From contig NC_057713.1 of the NCBI RefSeq assembly GCF_004010195.1, forward strand, positions 102,648,698 to 102,712,697: a stretch of DNA of 64,000 nt, in the 5' to 3' direction. Source of the stretch: Chiloscyllium plagiosum. Lineage: Eukaryota. Within the stretch, counting starts at the first letter, position 1. Each line of letters opens with the position of its first letter. Of the stretch, positions 1 through 11,029 are shown one piece after another. The translations under genes were made by a program, and so were the position numbers. Under the pieces are notes generated by a model. The model saw only the letters and a list, made by a program, of their open reading frames with translations. It searched no databases and was not told the origin of the DNA.

Positions 1-504
1 TACTTGAAATGAGAAAGATCTGGGAGATGTTATATAAAGAATAATAAATTTCTGTGGTGGGGAGGAGTCCGGAAAGATTGGACAAAATCTTAAAATTAGA
101 GCCGGTCACTCAGGGATGATTTCAGAAAGCGCCGAGGAGTGGAGTTCCAACCCCTAAAAAGCTCAGATGTTCAGGATCCAATTAAACCTCATAGTTCTGC
201 TGTTACTTGGTACCACATTCTCTGGACCCACCTTTTGTTTCTGTTCACTTCCCATTACTATCACTGTTTCCCTTGCACCGCTATCTCTTGAGATATCTAA
301 CTCTCCCATCCTCCACCCGGTCACAGATTTCCCTTGTGTTGATACCTTCCCTATTTCCCTGCCTTCTCTCTGGGTTAAAACCCTGTCGACATCTCAGCGT
401 TTTCCAGCTCAGGTTTCTGAAACATTAGCTCGGTTTCTCTCTCCACAGCTGCTGCTGGAGTATTTCCAACATTTTCTGTTTATATTGCAAATAACCGACC
501 TGGA

Positions 505-550
505 GGGCAGGGTGCGGGGTTCAACCCTGACCAATGTCTCACTGATTGGT
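505..550 (+). promoter_or_regulatory. Putative proximal promoter of V-A1 (GC-box-like plus inverted CCAAT pair)
   Basis: GGGTGCGGGGTTCAA followed by ACCAAT-gtctcactg-ATTGGT about 75-110 nt upstream of the ATG. Conserved at 33625-33670, where it reads GGGGCGGAG. Confidence 0.45.
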
Positions 551-622
551 TTGAAAGAGGTGATTCATTTCTTTTTAGTTTCTATCCAGCTGCTTGAGAG
601 AACAGTTGAAGATCGAGTGAAC

Positions 623-1063
623 ATGTCGCTGTATTACTGGCTTGTTGTGGTAACCGCTTTGCCCTGTATGTGTTTCTGACGCTATTATTCAGATATCGTT
701 GTTCATTCGCAACCATTAAGCGGTTATTTGTAACCCTGTATATTCTTTCCTTAGGCGGATATTTTGCACAAACATTGAAACAGACTGTCCCATCCATTAC
801 CAAAACTGGGGGTAAAATCGCTCGATTCAAATGCGAAGTCGAAGGATTAACCATCAGTGACAGTTACCCCCTTCACTGGTACCAGCAAAAATCCGGTCAG
901 GCACCCACCCGAATCCTCTATTATGGATCAGGCACAACGCGGGATCCGGGATTTAGTGATCGGTTCAATGCTTGGAATTTTAACAAAAACGAATTCTCCC
1001 TCAGAATCGAAAAATTACAGAAAGAGGATACGGCCACTTATTACTGTGCGTACTGGATAGATA
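623..1063 (+). CDS. TRGV: T-cell receptor gamma V segment, family A copy 1, intact (leader exon 623-665, intron 666-754, V exon 755-1063)
   Basis: ATG 623 gives hydrophobic leader MSLYYWLVVVTALP, GTATGT donor, pyrimidine tract plus TTAG acceptor, in-frame phase-1 join. V domain has FKC, LHWYQQ and EDTATYYCAYW motifs, followed directly by an RSS. Confidence 0.93.
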
Positions 1064-1102
1064 CACACTGCGAGACATCAGTACAGTGTTTGTACAAAAA
1101 CA
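1064..1102 (+). other. 23-RSS of V-A1
   Basis: Heptamer CACACTG 1064-1070, 23-nt spacer, nonamer ACAAAAACA 1094-1102. Confidence 0.9.
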
Positions 1103-2724
1103 CTGAACCATTCGAAGCTAAACTATCAGAGAAACTCACACACTCCTCTCCTCATTGGGTAAAGTAGCAACGACACCACAGCTGGATCTGTGTCTGAGCT
1201 TTTTCCGCCTGAATCTGTGAATTCGCCAGACAGCTGTCAGTCGTTTTGAAAAAACTTACCTCTTCTGATCTTGGAGCGAAAGCACCGAGAGCCGACTCAC
1301 TGTGGAGTTCGCGGCTTTGGGGAGAGCAGGATGCGCGCTGCCGATGTTGCGGTGTTGTTCTCTCTGTGCGGGAGGGTGGAGTTATACTGCGGAGATCTGG
1401 GCTGAGTGAACAAAGATGTACAACATAATATTTCTGTTTTGTTTGGAGTAAATTGAAATTTGGGAACTTATGCTTGAAAGGATATTGGAATCTATCGACT
1501 CTTTTGAAAGCAAGCTGGACAAAGATTTGAAATTATCCAGGAAATTGGTGAGGACGCACCTGAAACTTTGGATGTAGTTTTGGTCTCCTTATCTGAGGAC
1601 GTTGTTGCCATGGAGGGAGTGTAGCGATGGCTCACCACATTAGTTCCTGGAATGGCGGGACTGACGGACAAACAGGGAATGTGTCTGTTTGGGTTGTGTT
1701 CTCTAAAATTAGGAGTGGGAATCTCATAAAAACTTATAAAATTCGATCCGAATTAGATTCGTTAGATGCAGGAAAGACTTTCGAGTGGTGGAGGACTCCA
1801 GAACCAGGGGGCACAGCTTAAAGAATAAGATAAACCAATGATCTTTTAGGAATGAGATGAGGCGAAATTACTTCAGCCAGTGAATTGTGAACCTGTAGAA
1901 TTCCTTACTACAGAAAGTTGTCGAGACCAAGCATTGAATGTTTTCTGGAAGGAGCTCAATGTGGCTGTTGTTGATAAAGGGATCAAGGGATATTGGAACT
2001 GGGGAGGGGATTGGAGCATGAAGCTCCATAATCAGCCAATATCACATTAAATAATGTAGCAGGCTCGGAGGGTTGAAGGGCCTACTCCTGCTCTTATCTT
2101 CTATGTTTCTGTGTGTTAGGGGTACAGGGACAAAGCAATGCTATTGATTTGAGAGCCTTTCAGAGAAGCAGAAAGGACAAAACTAATCGGCCGAATGGTC
2201 TCGCCTTTACGGAATTCTTTCGTCTGTAGCTGAAGCCAACAGTTCCGCCAATCCAAAATACCACGTGCAGCGAATTTGCAGCAAATGTTTCACAATGAAA
2301 GGGCAAAAGATGCCAGAAGCTGGCTCTCTAGATGGGCAAACCAGAAGGTTAAATAGCCACCAAGGCTAATATCACCTGCTCTTTCCTACCCATCGACAGT
2401 CATATCCGCTGCTGTTCTCGGATGACACCCAAAAACATCAACTTGATGTAGAGATAATGAAGTAGAAATGTTAAAGACTCACCCTCCTGTTGACATTGAA
2501 AGAATATGGAATTCCTTAGCACAGTTCCCAGCCTAGGAACGCCCCCAAAGCATCGTACAGCCGATGAAATACTCGGTGAAGACGGACTATGGTCCAGTGA
2601 TATTACCACTTGACTATTAATCCAGACAGCTACATCCTGAGGATCCAGGCTCAAATGGTGAAATTGAATTCAAAAATGATCTGGGATTAAGTATCTAATG
2701 ATGACTGTGAAACCGTTGCCGATT

Positions 2725-2989
2725 AGATTAGATTACTCACAGTGTGGAAACAGGCCCTTCGGCCCAACAAGTCCACACCGCCCCGCCGAAGCGCAACCCA
2801 CCCATACCCCTACATGTACCCCTTACCTAACACTACGGGCAATTTAGCATGGCCAATTCACCTGACCTGCACATCGTTGGACTGTGGGAGGAAACCGGAG
2901 CACCCGGAGGAAACCGCGGGAATTGAACCCGGGTCTCAGGCGCTGTGAGGCAGCAGTGCTAACCACTGTGCCACCGTGCCACCCACCGC
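2725..2989 (-). mobile_element. HE1-type tRNA-derived SINE
   Basis: Reverse strand begins GGTGGCACGGTGGCACAGTGGTTAGCACTGCTGCCTCACAG, has a (TAATC)n tail, and is flanked by GCCGATT at 2718-2724 and 2990-2996. Confidence 0.85.
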
Positions 2990-3099
2990 GCCGATTGTCG
3001 GGGGGAAATGCATCTGGTTCACTGTAGGCCCTTTAGGAAGGATATCGTTATTAGATCTGGCCTAATTGTAACTTCAGACCCACAGTAATACAGCTGATT

Positions 3100-3552
3100 T
3101 TTAAAAAAAAAATTACGCCGATCCAGCTCCCTCAAGGGCAGCTGTCAGAGTGACAGGATGTCTGACCCTCCAGTTCTTTCATTTTCTTTTTCTATTTATT
3201 TTCCGCACACTACCGCCGGACAGTGGTAGTGCTTATTTTACCCCCCGCACCCATGGTGTGTGTGTGCAGGTGTGATACACAGTGAAAGACACAAGGTGCG
3301 CAAATCTTTATTCAATTTCCACTACCAGGAAGAAAAGAAACACCCGAGTGGCCAGTGACAAACACTGCCCTTCACATCAAAGGGCAATGCTGTGTGATCA
3401 AACAGTGAAGGGGAATGCAGGGATTAAATCAAAATAGAGTTGGAGGGGGAAATAATACACTCCACTCCCTGCGGCGCCCACTTCTCTCTGAAAATCACGA
3501 CGATATTGGTGGAGACCGTGTGTGCCTTCTCCAGGGACACCGGGGCTCTGTG
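3100..3552 (-). mobile_element. 5'-truncated Tx1/L1-clade LINE, ORF2 C-terminus plus 3' UTR
   Basis: Minus strand reads RAPVSLEKAHTVSTNIVVIFREKWAPQGVECIISPSNSILI*. Flanked by CAGCTGATT repeats at 3091 and 3553. Confidence 0.6.
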
Positions 3553-4327
3553 CAGCTGATTTTTTTTAAACAGTTTTCTTCTCATTTATTTTAAATGTTT
3601 ACAACTTTCAATAACTATTTCATAAAAATGTTGCAGCTGATTCTTAGCTGCATTCTGGGCAATTAGGGTTGGCCATTAAATTCTGGCCTGGTCCACGTCC
3701 TTTCTAATTGAATAAAAACGAAAACAAAAAACTTAGTCCCTGCTGGAATTAAGAAAACTGGCAGCCAATTTGCGTTCAACAAGCACCTAAAAAGAACAAT
3801 GTGATAAATGTCCAATCTGTCTCGTGATGTTGATTAAGGGATTAAGTATTGCACCCCTTCCCCACCCAGGCCGAGAGGATCCACCACCTTATATGGAGTT
3901 TAACTGTCTTTTAATTAATCCCACAGAATCGGTTGAATTGATCTGAGAAGACAGATACAGCTCCCTTTTACGCCTCGACCGAAAGTGGGACACCTCCTAC
4001 AGCGCAGCCCTCCCTATGCATCTTTGGATAATGTACTGAAATGGGGCTTAAACCCGCGAGATTTCTGCTAGAAATTGAAAATAATCGTTGGGCGTTGAGG
4101 AAATATGAAGGACCTCGGAAATAGGGGAGATACAGGTAAACTACCGGAATTGACAGCACATAAATTTTAAAATTCACGTACACATAACATTGTGTTGGTA
4201 GTGGTGGGGCAATGATCCAGCTGACGAATCACATCATGTAAATGGCGGAATGGTTTTAGATATTTTCTAATCAAGCTGTTCAGAGGTATTGTATGAAATT
4301 CTGGAGTAAGTGGCCTCCTAACTCAGA

Positions 4328-4800
4328 TTTGGAGTTGCTGGTGTTGGACTGGGGTGTACAAAGTTAAAAGTCACACAACACCAGGTTATAGTCCAACAGG
4401 TTTAATTGGAAGCACACTAGCTTTCGGAGCATCGCTCCTTCATCAGGTGATAGTGGAGGGCTCAATCCTAACACAGAATTTATAGCAAAAAATTTACAGT
4501 GTGATGTAACTGAAATTATACATTGAAAAATTGATTGTTAAGCCTTTCATCTGTTAGAATACAGTGATAGTTTCACTTTTTTCATGTGTAAATTATCACT
4601 GTATTCTAACAGCTGAAAGGCTTAACAATCAAGTTTTCAATGTATAATTTCAGTTACATCACACTGTAAAGTTTTGCTATAAATTCTGTGTTAGGATTGA
4701 GCCCTCCACGATCACCTGATGAAGGAGTGTTGCTCCGAAAGCTAGTGTGCTTCCAATTAAACCTGTTGGACTATAACCTGGTGTTGTGTGGCTTTTAACT
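4328..4800. mobile_element. Penelope-like element terminal-repeat hairpin (about 207-bp inverted arms) with hammerhead motifs
   Basis: Arms 4362-4569 and 4594-4800. TSD CTCCTAACTCAGA at 4315-4327 and 4799-4811. Core CTGATGA-stem-GAAAGCTA at 4716-4744. Confidence 0.8.
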
Positions 4801-4937
4801 CCTAACTCAGAAGTAGGGTCAGTATCACTGTGCCACAACAGCCGCGAGCTCACTGTCTCTATTTGGAATGTGAATCAAGTCCCATTTAAACATCCAGCTT
4901 AACAAAGCGAATGCAGCCTAATTGTCATTGCTGCCCC

Positions 4938-4975
4938 ATGTCTGGTTGTTCTGTTAATGCTTTCCCACAGTAAGT
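4938..4975 (+). pseudogene. Orphan, frameshifted leader exon of a family C TRGV whose V exon is missing
   Basis: Aligns to the V-C leader at 52465-52507 with an 11-nt deletion after the ATG. Keeps a GTAAGT donor at 4970. No V exon follows, only CR1 DNA. Confidence 0.75.
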
Positions 4976-5099
4976 ATGACACTCAGCCATTCGAACCATC
5001 AAGTTATAGTAAGAGACCATTCGGACCGTTCTATTCGTGTTAGCTGTCAACAGAAAAGCTCAGCTTATTCTGGGGTATACACAAGGAGAATGGCAGCTG

Positions 5100-8000
5100 T
5101 CTTTTCGCTATGGTGAGGGACTTCAAAACTAGGTGGTATATTTTGAAGGGACATGACAGGCAACTTTTTTTTCACACAGTGGTTCGTGTGTGGAATGACC
5201 TTCCAGAGGAACTGATGGATGTGGGTAAAATTATAATGTTAAAAAAGACATTTGGATAAGTACATGAATAAAAAAAAGTTTGGAGGGATATTAGCCGAGC
5301 ACAGCAGGTGGGAGTAGTTTAGTTTGGGATTATGGTTGGGCCAAAGGATCTATTTCCAATCTGTATGACTCTATGACTAGCAGCATAATGTTCCAGGCTT
5401 TATATGCTGGAGGAAAGATAGAAAGTGGGCAAGCGAGGAGGGGGAGTCACATTATTGATTAGAGATAACATTATGATTCTACTTAGGGAAGATATTCCTC
5501 GGAGTTTATCCAGTGAAATTATTTGGGTGGAACTGCAAAATAAGAAAGAGATGATCATCTTACTGGCATTGTAATATAGCCCCTCCAAACCCCCCACCCC
5601 CAATTGTCAGTGGGAAATTGAGAAGCAAATTTGTAAAGAGATCTCAGATATCTGTAAGAATAATAAGAATTGTAATGAAAGAGGATTTTAACTTTAAAAA
5701 CATAGGACTGTCATAGTGTTAATGACTTGGATGGAGAGGAATTTAAGTGTGTATAAGTTTTTTTAATTTTAGTATGTGAATGTGCCAACTAGACAAGGAA
5801 CAAAACATTACCTTCTCTTAGAAAGTAAGCAGGGCAAGTGACTGAGGTATCAGTGGGGGAGTATTTTGGGGCCAGTGATCATAATTCTATTAGTTTTAAA
5901 ATAATTGTGGAAAAGTTCTAAAAGTTAAAGTTCTAAATTGGAGTATGGCCAATTTTTACAGTGTTTGGCAAAAATTGATTGGGAGAGACTATTTGCAGGT
6001 AAAGGAATGGTTGGAAAATGGGAGACCTTTAAAAATGAGATAACGAGACAATATGTTCATGTCAATGCGAAGGACAAAGTTGGCATAGGGAATGCTAGAT
6101 GACTAGAGGAATTGAAGGTTTTGTCAAGAGTAAGAAGGAAGCATATGTCAGGTACAGACAACGGGGATCAAGTGAATCCCTCAAGGAATATAAGGGCAGT
6201 AGGAGTATATTCATGAGGGAAATTAGGAGGGCAAAAAGGGGATATGAGGTAGCTTTGGCAAATAGGGCTCAGGAGAATCCAAAGAAATTCTACAAATACA
6301 TTAAGGACAAAAGAATAACTAGAGAGAGAATTAGGCTCCTTAAAAATCAACAAAAATTAACGTCTATGTGAGAAACCTCAGAAGATGTGAGATACTAACC
6401 AAATATTTTGCAGCATTTTCTACTGTGGAGAAGGCTATAGAAGCTAGGCAACTTGGAGAAATAAACAGTGATATCTTGAAATTTGTCTATTTTACAGAGG
6501 AGGAGGTTCTGGATGGCCTAAGATGCATGAAGGTGGATATACCCCGGGACCTGATCAGATATCTCCCAGAACATTGTGGGAAGCTAAAGAAGTGATTGCT
6601 GCACCCTTTGCCGAGATATTTGTTTCATCAATAGCCACAGGGGAGGTGCCGGAAGAATGGAGATTGTCTAATGTGATGCCATTATTTAATAAAATTGGTA
6701 AGAAAGTCAGGGAAATAAAAACTTGGGAGCCTGACGTCAGTGGTTGGTAAGTTTTTTTTTGGAGGGTGCTCTGATGTCTAGGATTTACATGCATTTGAAA
6801 AGGCAAGGACTGATTGGGGATAGTCAACTTGACTTTATGCATGGGAAATTGCATCTCAATAATTTGATTGAGTGTATTGAAGAAGTGACAGAGAAGATTG
6901 ATAAAAGCAGAGCAGTAGATGTTGCCTGTGTGGACTTCAGCAAGGCATTCAACAATGTAGAGTGGTTGGCAAGGTTAGATCGCATGGAATTCAGGGAGAG
7001 CCAGCTATTTAGATACAAAAGAAGATAAATGACAGAGGGAGGTGTTGGAGGGTTGCTTTTCAGACTGGAGGCCTCTGACCAGTGATGTACAGCAAGCGTT
7101 GGTGCTGTGTCCATTGCTTTCTGTGATTTATATAAATGATTTGAATGTGAATGGAGGATTTATAATAAATAACTGTGCAGATAAAACCAAAATTGGTGGA
7201 ATAGTTGTCAGTGAAGAAGATTATTTCAGAGTATAACAGGACCTTGATCAAATGGTTCAAGGAGAGGCAGATGAAGTTTAATTTAGATAAATGTGAGGTA
7301 TATTTTGGTAAGGCAAATCAGAGCAGGACTCGCAAGCTTAATGGTAGGGACCTAGGTAGTGCATTTTGGGGGTGCAGGTTCACATTTACTTGAAATTAGA
7401 GTCACAGGTAGACAGGGAATGATAATTCATTCGGTGTGCTTGCCTTTATTGGTCAGTGCATTGAGTATAGGCATTGGGATATTATGTTGTGGCTGTACAG
7501 GACATTGGAATATTCCTGAAGAAGGGCTTATGCCCGAAATGTCAATTCACCTGTTCCCTGGATGCTGCCTGACCTGCTGCGCTGTTCCAGCAACACATTT
7601 TCAGCTCTGATACTCCAGCATCTGCAGACCTCACTTTCTCCTCCATTGGAATATTGTACAGGACAATTTTGGAATACTGTGTTCAATTCTGTTCTCCCTC
7701 CTGTAGGAAAGACATGAAACTTGAAAAGGTTCAGAAAATATTTACAAGGATGTTGCTGGGTTGGAGTGTTTGAGCGACAGGGAGAGGTTGAATCGGCTGG
7801 GCCTGTTTTCCCTGGAATGTTGAAAGCTGAGGGGTGACCTTATAGAAGTTTTGTAAATCATGAGGGGCATGGATAAGGTGAATAACCAAAGTCTTTTTTT
7901 CCCAGGGTAGGGGAGTTCAAAACCAGGATGCATAGGTTTAAAGTGAGAGGAAAATGATTTAACATTTTCATGCAGAAGGTGGTGAATGTATGGAATAAAT

Positions 8001-8192
8001 CGCTAGACGAAGTGGTGGAGGCTGGTACAATTACAACATTTCAAAGGTATCTGGATGGGTACATGAATAGGAATGGTTCAGAGAAATACAGGCCATATGC
8101 TAGCAATGGGACTAGATTAGTTGAGGATAACTGATCAGCATGGACAAGATGGAACAAAGCGTCTGTTTCCATGCTGTACATCGCTATGACTC
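5100..8192 (+). mobile_element. Degenerate CR1 LINEs (3' fragment about 5100-5380 and a longer copy about 5390-8192)
   Basis: Endonuclease and RT fragments (PGPDQISPRTLWEA, VDFSKAF, FIINNCADKTKIGG), (CTATGACT)n tails, many stops and frameshifts. Confidence 0.88.
7515..7643 (+). mobile_element. Short Penelope-type repeat inserted in CR1
   Basis: CCTGAAGAAGGGCTTATGCCCGAAA family sequence with TSD CATTGGAATATT at 7503-7514 and 7644-7655. Confidence 0.75.
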
Positions 8193-9730
8193 TATCAGTG
8201 CAATTGCAGGATTGTATTCCCTTATCAAAAAGGAAATTGAGGGAGATAACTCTTTTCCCATGTGGCCTACACAGTTCTTCTCATGGAACCAATAACGAAA
8301 CAGCTGAGTTGTTGTGTGCTGATTGCAATTGCAACCAGTGTTCAAACTTTTCCCTTGATCACTATTTCTATTAGCGCTGTTAACTGGACAACTACTTAGT
8401 GATGCAGAATGGTGCCCTCAACTTGGATTCAATTCGAGAACTGGATGAAGTTGCCTTGAAGGGGTGTATTTTTCAACTTCTCACCTAGCCTGAGGCACGG
8501 TGAGCCTTGGGTTAAATTACCACCAGTCAGCTCTCTCTAAACGAGAGAGCAGACCTATTGTCTTCTCAGACTATGGTGACTTTATTTACATAGTGAATCC
8601 GAGCAAAGGTAAACATTTGGAATATAGACACTGGTAGAGGAGACCAGCTGTTTGGAACAGGTGGTTTCTGCACTGTCAGAATAATGCTGGTTATACCAAG
8701 AAAGGCAACTCACAACACAGCATATGAGGTTCTGACACATTTTTATCTTATTTTGGCCAACAAAGTGAAACTTTTGAAAACTTGTCCACAGCACATGATT
8801 GAATGAATAGGATCCATTGCAGAACAGGATGTCTATATTCTTAAAGAAGAATTGTACTCCTGGGTCAGATGACAGATACATTTCACAGATGTGAGGCGGA
8901 TTAATTTGACTTTCAATCACATGAATTATCTACTGCTTCAAATGTGGACCTGAGTGGAATTTGTTAGAAAGGATTGATATTTGCTTTGCATCTTGCAAGA
9001 GATAGTGTCGTCTTCTTTTGAAGGCATCAAGGGGTATGGGGTGAATGGGGAAATATGACACTGAGATAATGGATCAGGAATGACCATATTGCATGGTGGA
9101 ACAGGCTCAAAGAGCTGAATGGACCAGCCTCCTCTCAGTTTCCATTTTATATTTCATAAACAGGAGACCTCCCAAAAATATTCATATTGTTAAAGCTGCT
9201 GTAAATCACAGACCCAAAGCAGCCAAGTTGCACACAAGATCCCTCAAAGAATAGTAAAATAAATGTAAAAGATCTAATTTAGTGATGGTAATTGAATATA
9301 AGTATTGGTCAGGGCTCCAAAAGCTATCAGTTGCTTTCTTCGTGTCCCGTGGATTCATCTGCATTTACTTCAAACGGCCACTGGAAGAAGAAAAAAGACA
9401 AAAATTGCAAGTGACAAAATGAAACAGGAACAGGAATAAAGCATGTTTCCCAGAGCCTGCTCCATCATTTAAAACAATTATGATTGATGCTTTGTCTCAA
9501 TACCCCACCTCCCCGATTCACTGAAAGAACAAAATTCTTGTTGAGTGGGCTTTGAATATATTCAGAGCTGACCTCAACGCTTTGGGGTAGAGAGTTCCAA
9601 AGGTTCACAACCTGAAATGAAGAAAATTCTCTCACTCTAGTCCAGAACAATCAACTCATTAACCTGAAGATATGGCCCCTTCCACCCTTGTTCCAGATCC
9701 TCCAAATAACTTATATATTTTCACCTGCAG

Positions 9731-10996
9731 AGAAATCTGTTGCTCAAACCTTGACTCAGTCTCCATTCTCAATGACCAGAGCTCCAGGGAATACTGCACA
9801 GTTTGAATGTAGGTTTGAAGGAATCAATTTTGACAATGCGATTATCTACTGGTATCGGCAGATCCCAGGTCAAAGGCTGCAGCGCGTGTCATACTTTAAG
9901 AATCTGAATTATAAATGATCTGGAGGAAGGTATAGGTGGTCCAATCTAGCAAGTTTGCAGATGACACTAAGATTGGTGGAGTAGCAGATAGTGAAGGGGA
10001 CTGTCAGAGAGTGCAGCAGAATATAAACAGATTGGAGAGTTGGGCAGAGAAATGGCAGATGGAATTCAATCTGGGCAAATGCAAGGTGATGCATTTTGGA
10101 AGGTCTAGTTCAAGAGCGAACTATATGGTCAATGGAAAAGCCCTGGGGAAAATTGTACAGAGATCTGGGAGTTCAGGTCCATTGTACCCTGATGGTGGCA
10201 GCGCAGGTCGATGGAGAGGTCAAAAAGGCACACTGCATGCTTTACTTCATCGAATGGGGTATTGAGTAGAAGAGTTGGCAGGTCATGTTACAGTTGTATA
10301 AGACTTTGGTTCACCATATTTAGAATACTGCATACAGTTTTGGTCACCACATTATCAAAAGGATGTGGATGTTTTGGAGATGGTGCAGAGGAGGTTCACC
10401 AAGATGTTGCCTGGTATAGAGGGTGCTTGCTATGAAGAGAGGTTGAGTAGATTAGGATTATTGTCATCAGAAAGACAAAGATTGAGGGGGGACCTGATTG
10501 TGGTCTACAAAATCATGTGAGGTATAGACAAGGTGGATAGCAAGAAGCTTTATCCCAGATTGGGGGTCTCTATTAATAGGGGTTATGAGTTCAAGGTGAG
10601 AGGGGAAAAGTTTAAGGGAGATATGTGTGGGAAGTTCTTTATGCAGAGGGTGGTGGGAGCCTGGAACGCATTACCAGTGGAGGTGTTAGAGGTGGCTACC
10701 ATTTCAGATGTATCTAGACAGATACATGAATGGGCAGGGAGCAGAGGGATACAGATCCTTAGAGAATAGGCAACTGGTTTAGATATAGGATCTGGACCAA
10801 CACAGTCTTGGAGGGTGGAAGGACCTGTTTCTGTGCTGTGATTTCATTTGTTCTGTGCAATCTGTCTAATATTCAGCAAGATATCGCCGACTAAAAAAAC
10901 TTGCTTAAAAAAATTCTGCGGCCAAAACCTGCAACTTGCTCATGAGGAATATCAAGGAGGATGACTCTGGGGTTTATTTCTTGCCTTCTGGGCTAG
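9731..10996 (+). pseudogene. TRGV: TRGV family D pseudogene split by a CR1 insertion
   Basis: Acceptor at 9730, KSVAQTLTQSP...FECRFEG...IIYWYRQ to 9906, resumes at about 10865. Has an in-frame TAA, a frameshift destroying YYC, and no leader. Aligns to V-D at 60186-60495. Confidence 0.88.
9907..10858 (+). mobile_element. 5'-truncated CR1 LINE inserted in V exon
   Basis: SKFADDTKIGG RT motif and CR1 C-terminus. TSD AATCTG at 9901-9906 and 10859-10864. Confidence 0.9.
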
Positions 10997-11029
10997 CACA
11001 GTGACAGAAAGCCAAGGAAAACAAAATAT
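10997..11029 (+). other. Defective RSS of the V-D pseudogene
   Basis: CACAGTG, spacer shortened to 17 nt, nonamer-like ACAAAATAT. Confidence 0.65.

Noticed and set aside
167-679. 170-aa ORF (and 200-aa paralog at 33197-33799) upstream of family A V genes
   Set aside because: It runs through promoter and decayed repeat DNA into the leader exon. The two copies differ by frameshifts upstream. Only the last residues, the leader, are real coding sequence.
1298-1304. CACTGTG heptamer downstream of V-A1 (also near 34425) as a possible D or J RSS
   Set aside because: No GGTTTTTGT-like nonamer at 12 or 23 nt, and no FGXG motif follows.
4362-4800. Long inverted repeats as microRNA precursors or DNA-transposon MITEs
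   Set aside because: Asymmetric arms, long variable TSDs, hammerhead cores and a related hammerhead-bearing repeat attached to a GIY-YIG ORF favour a Penelope origin.
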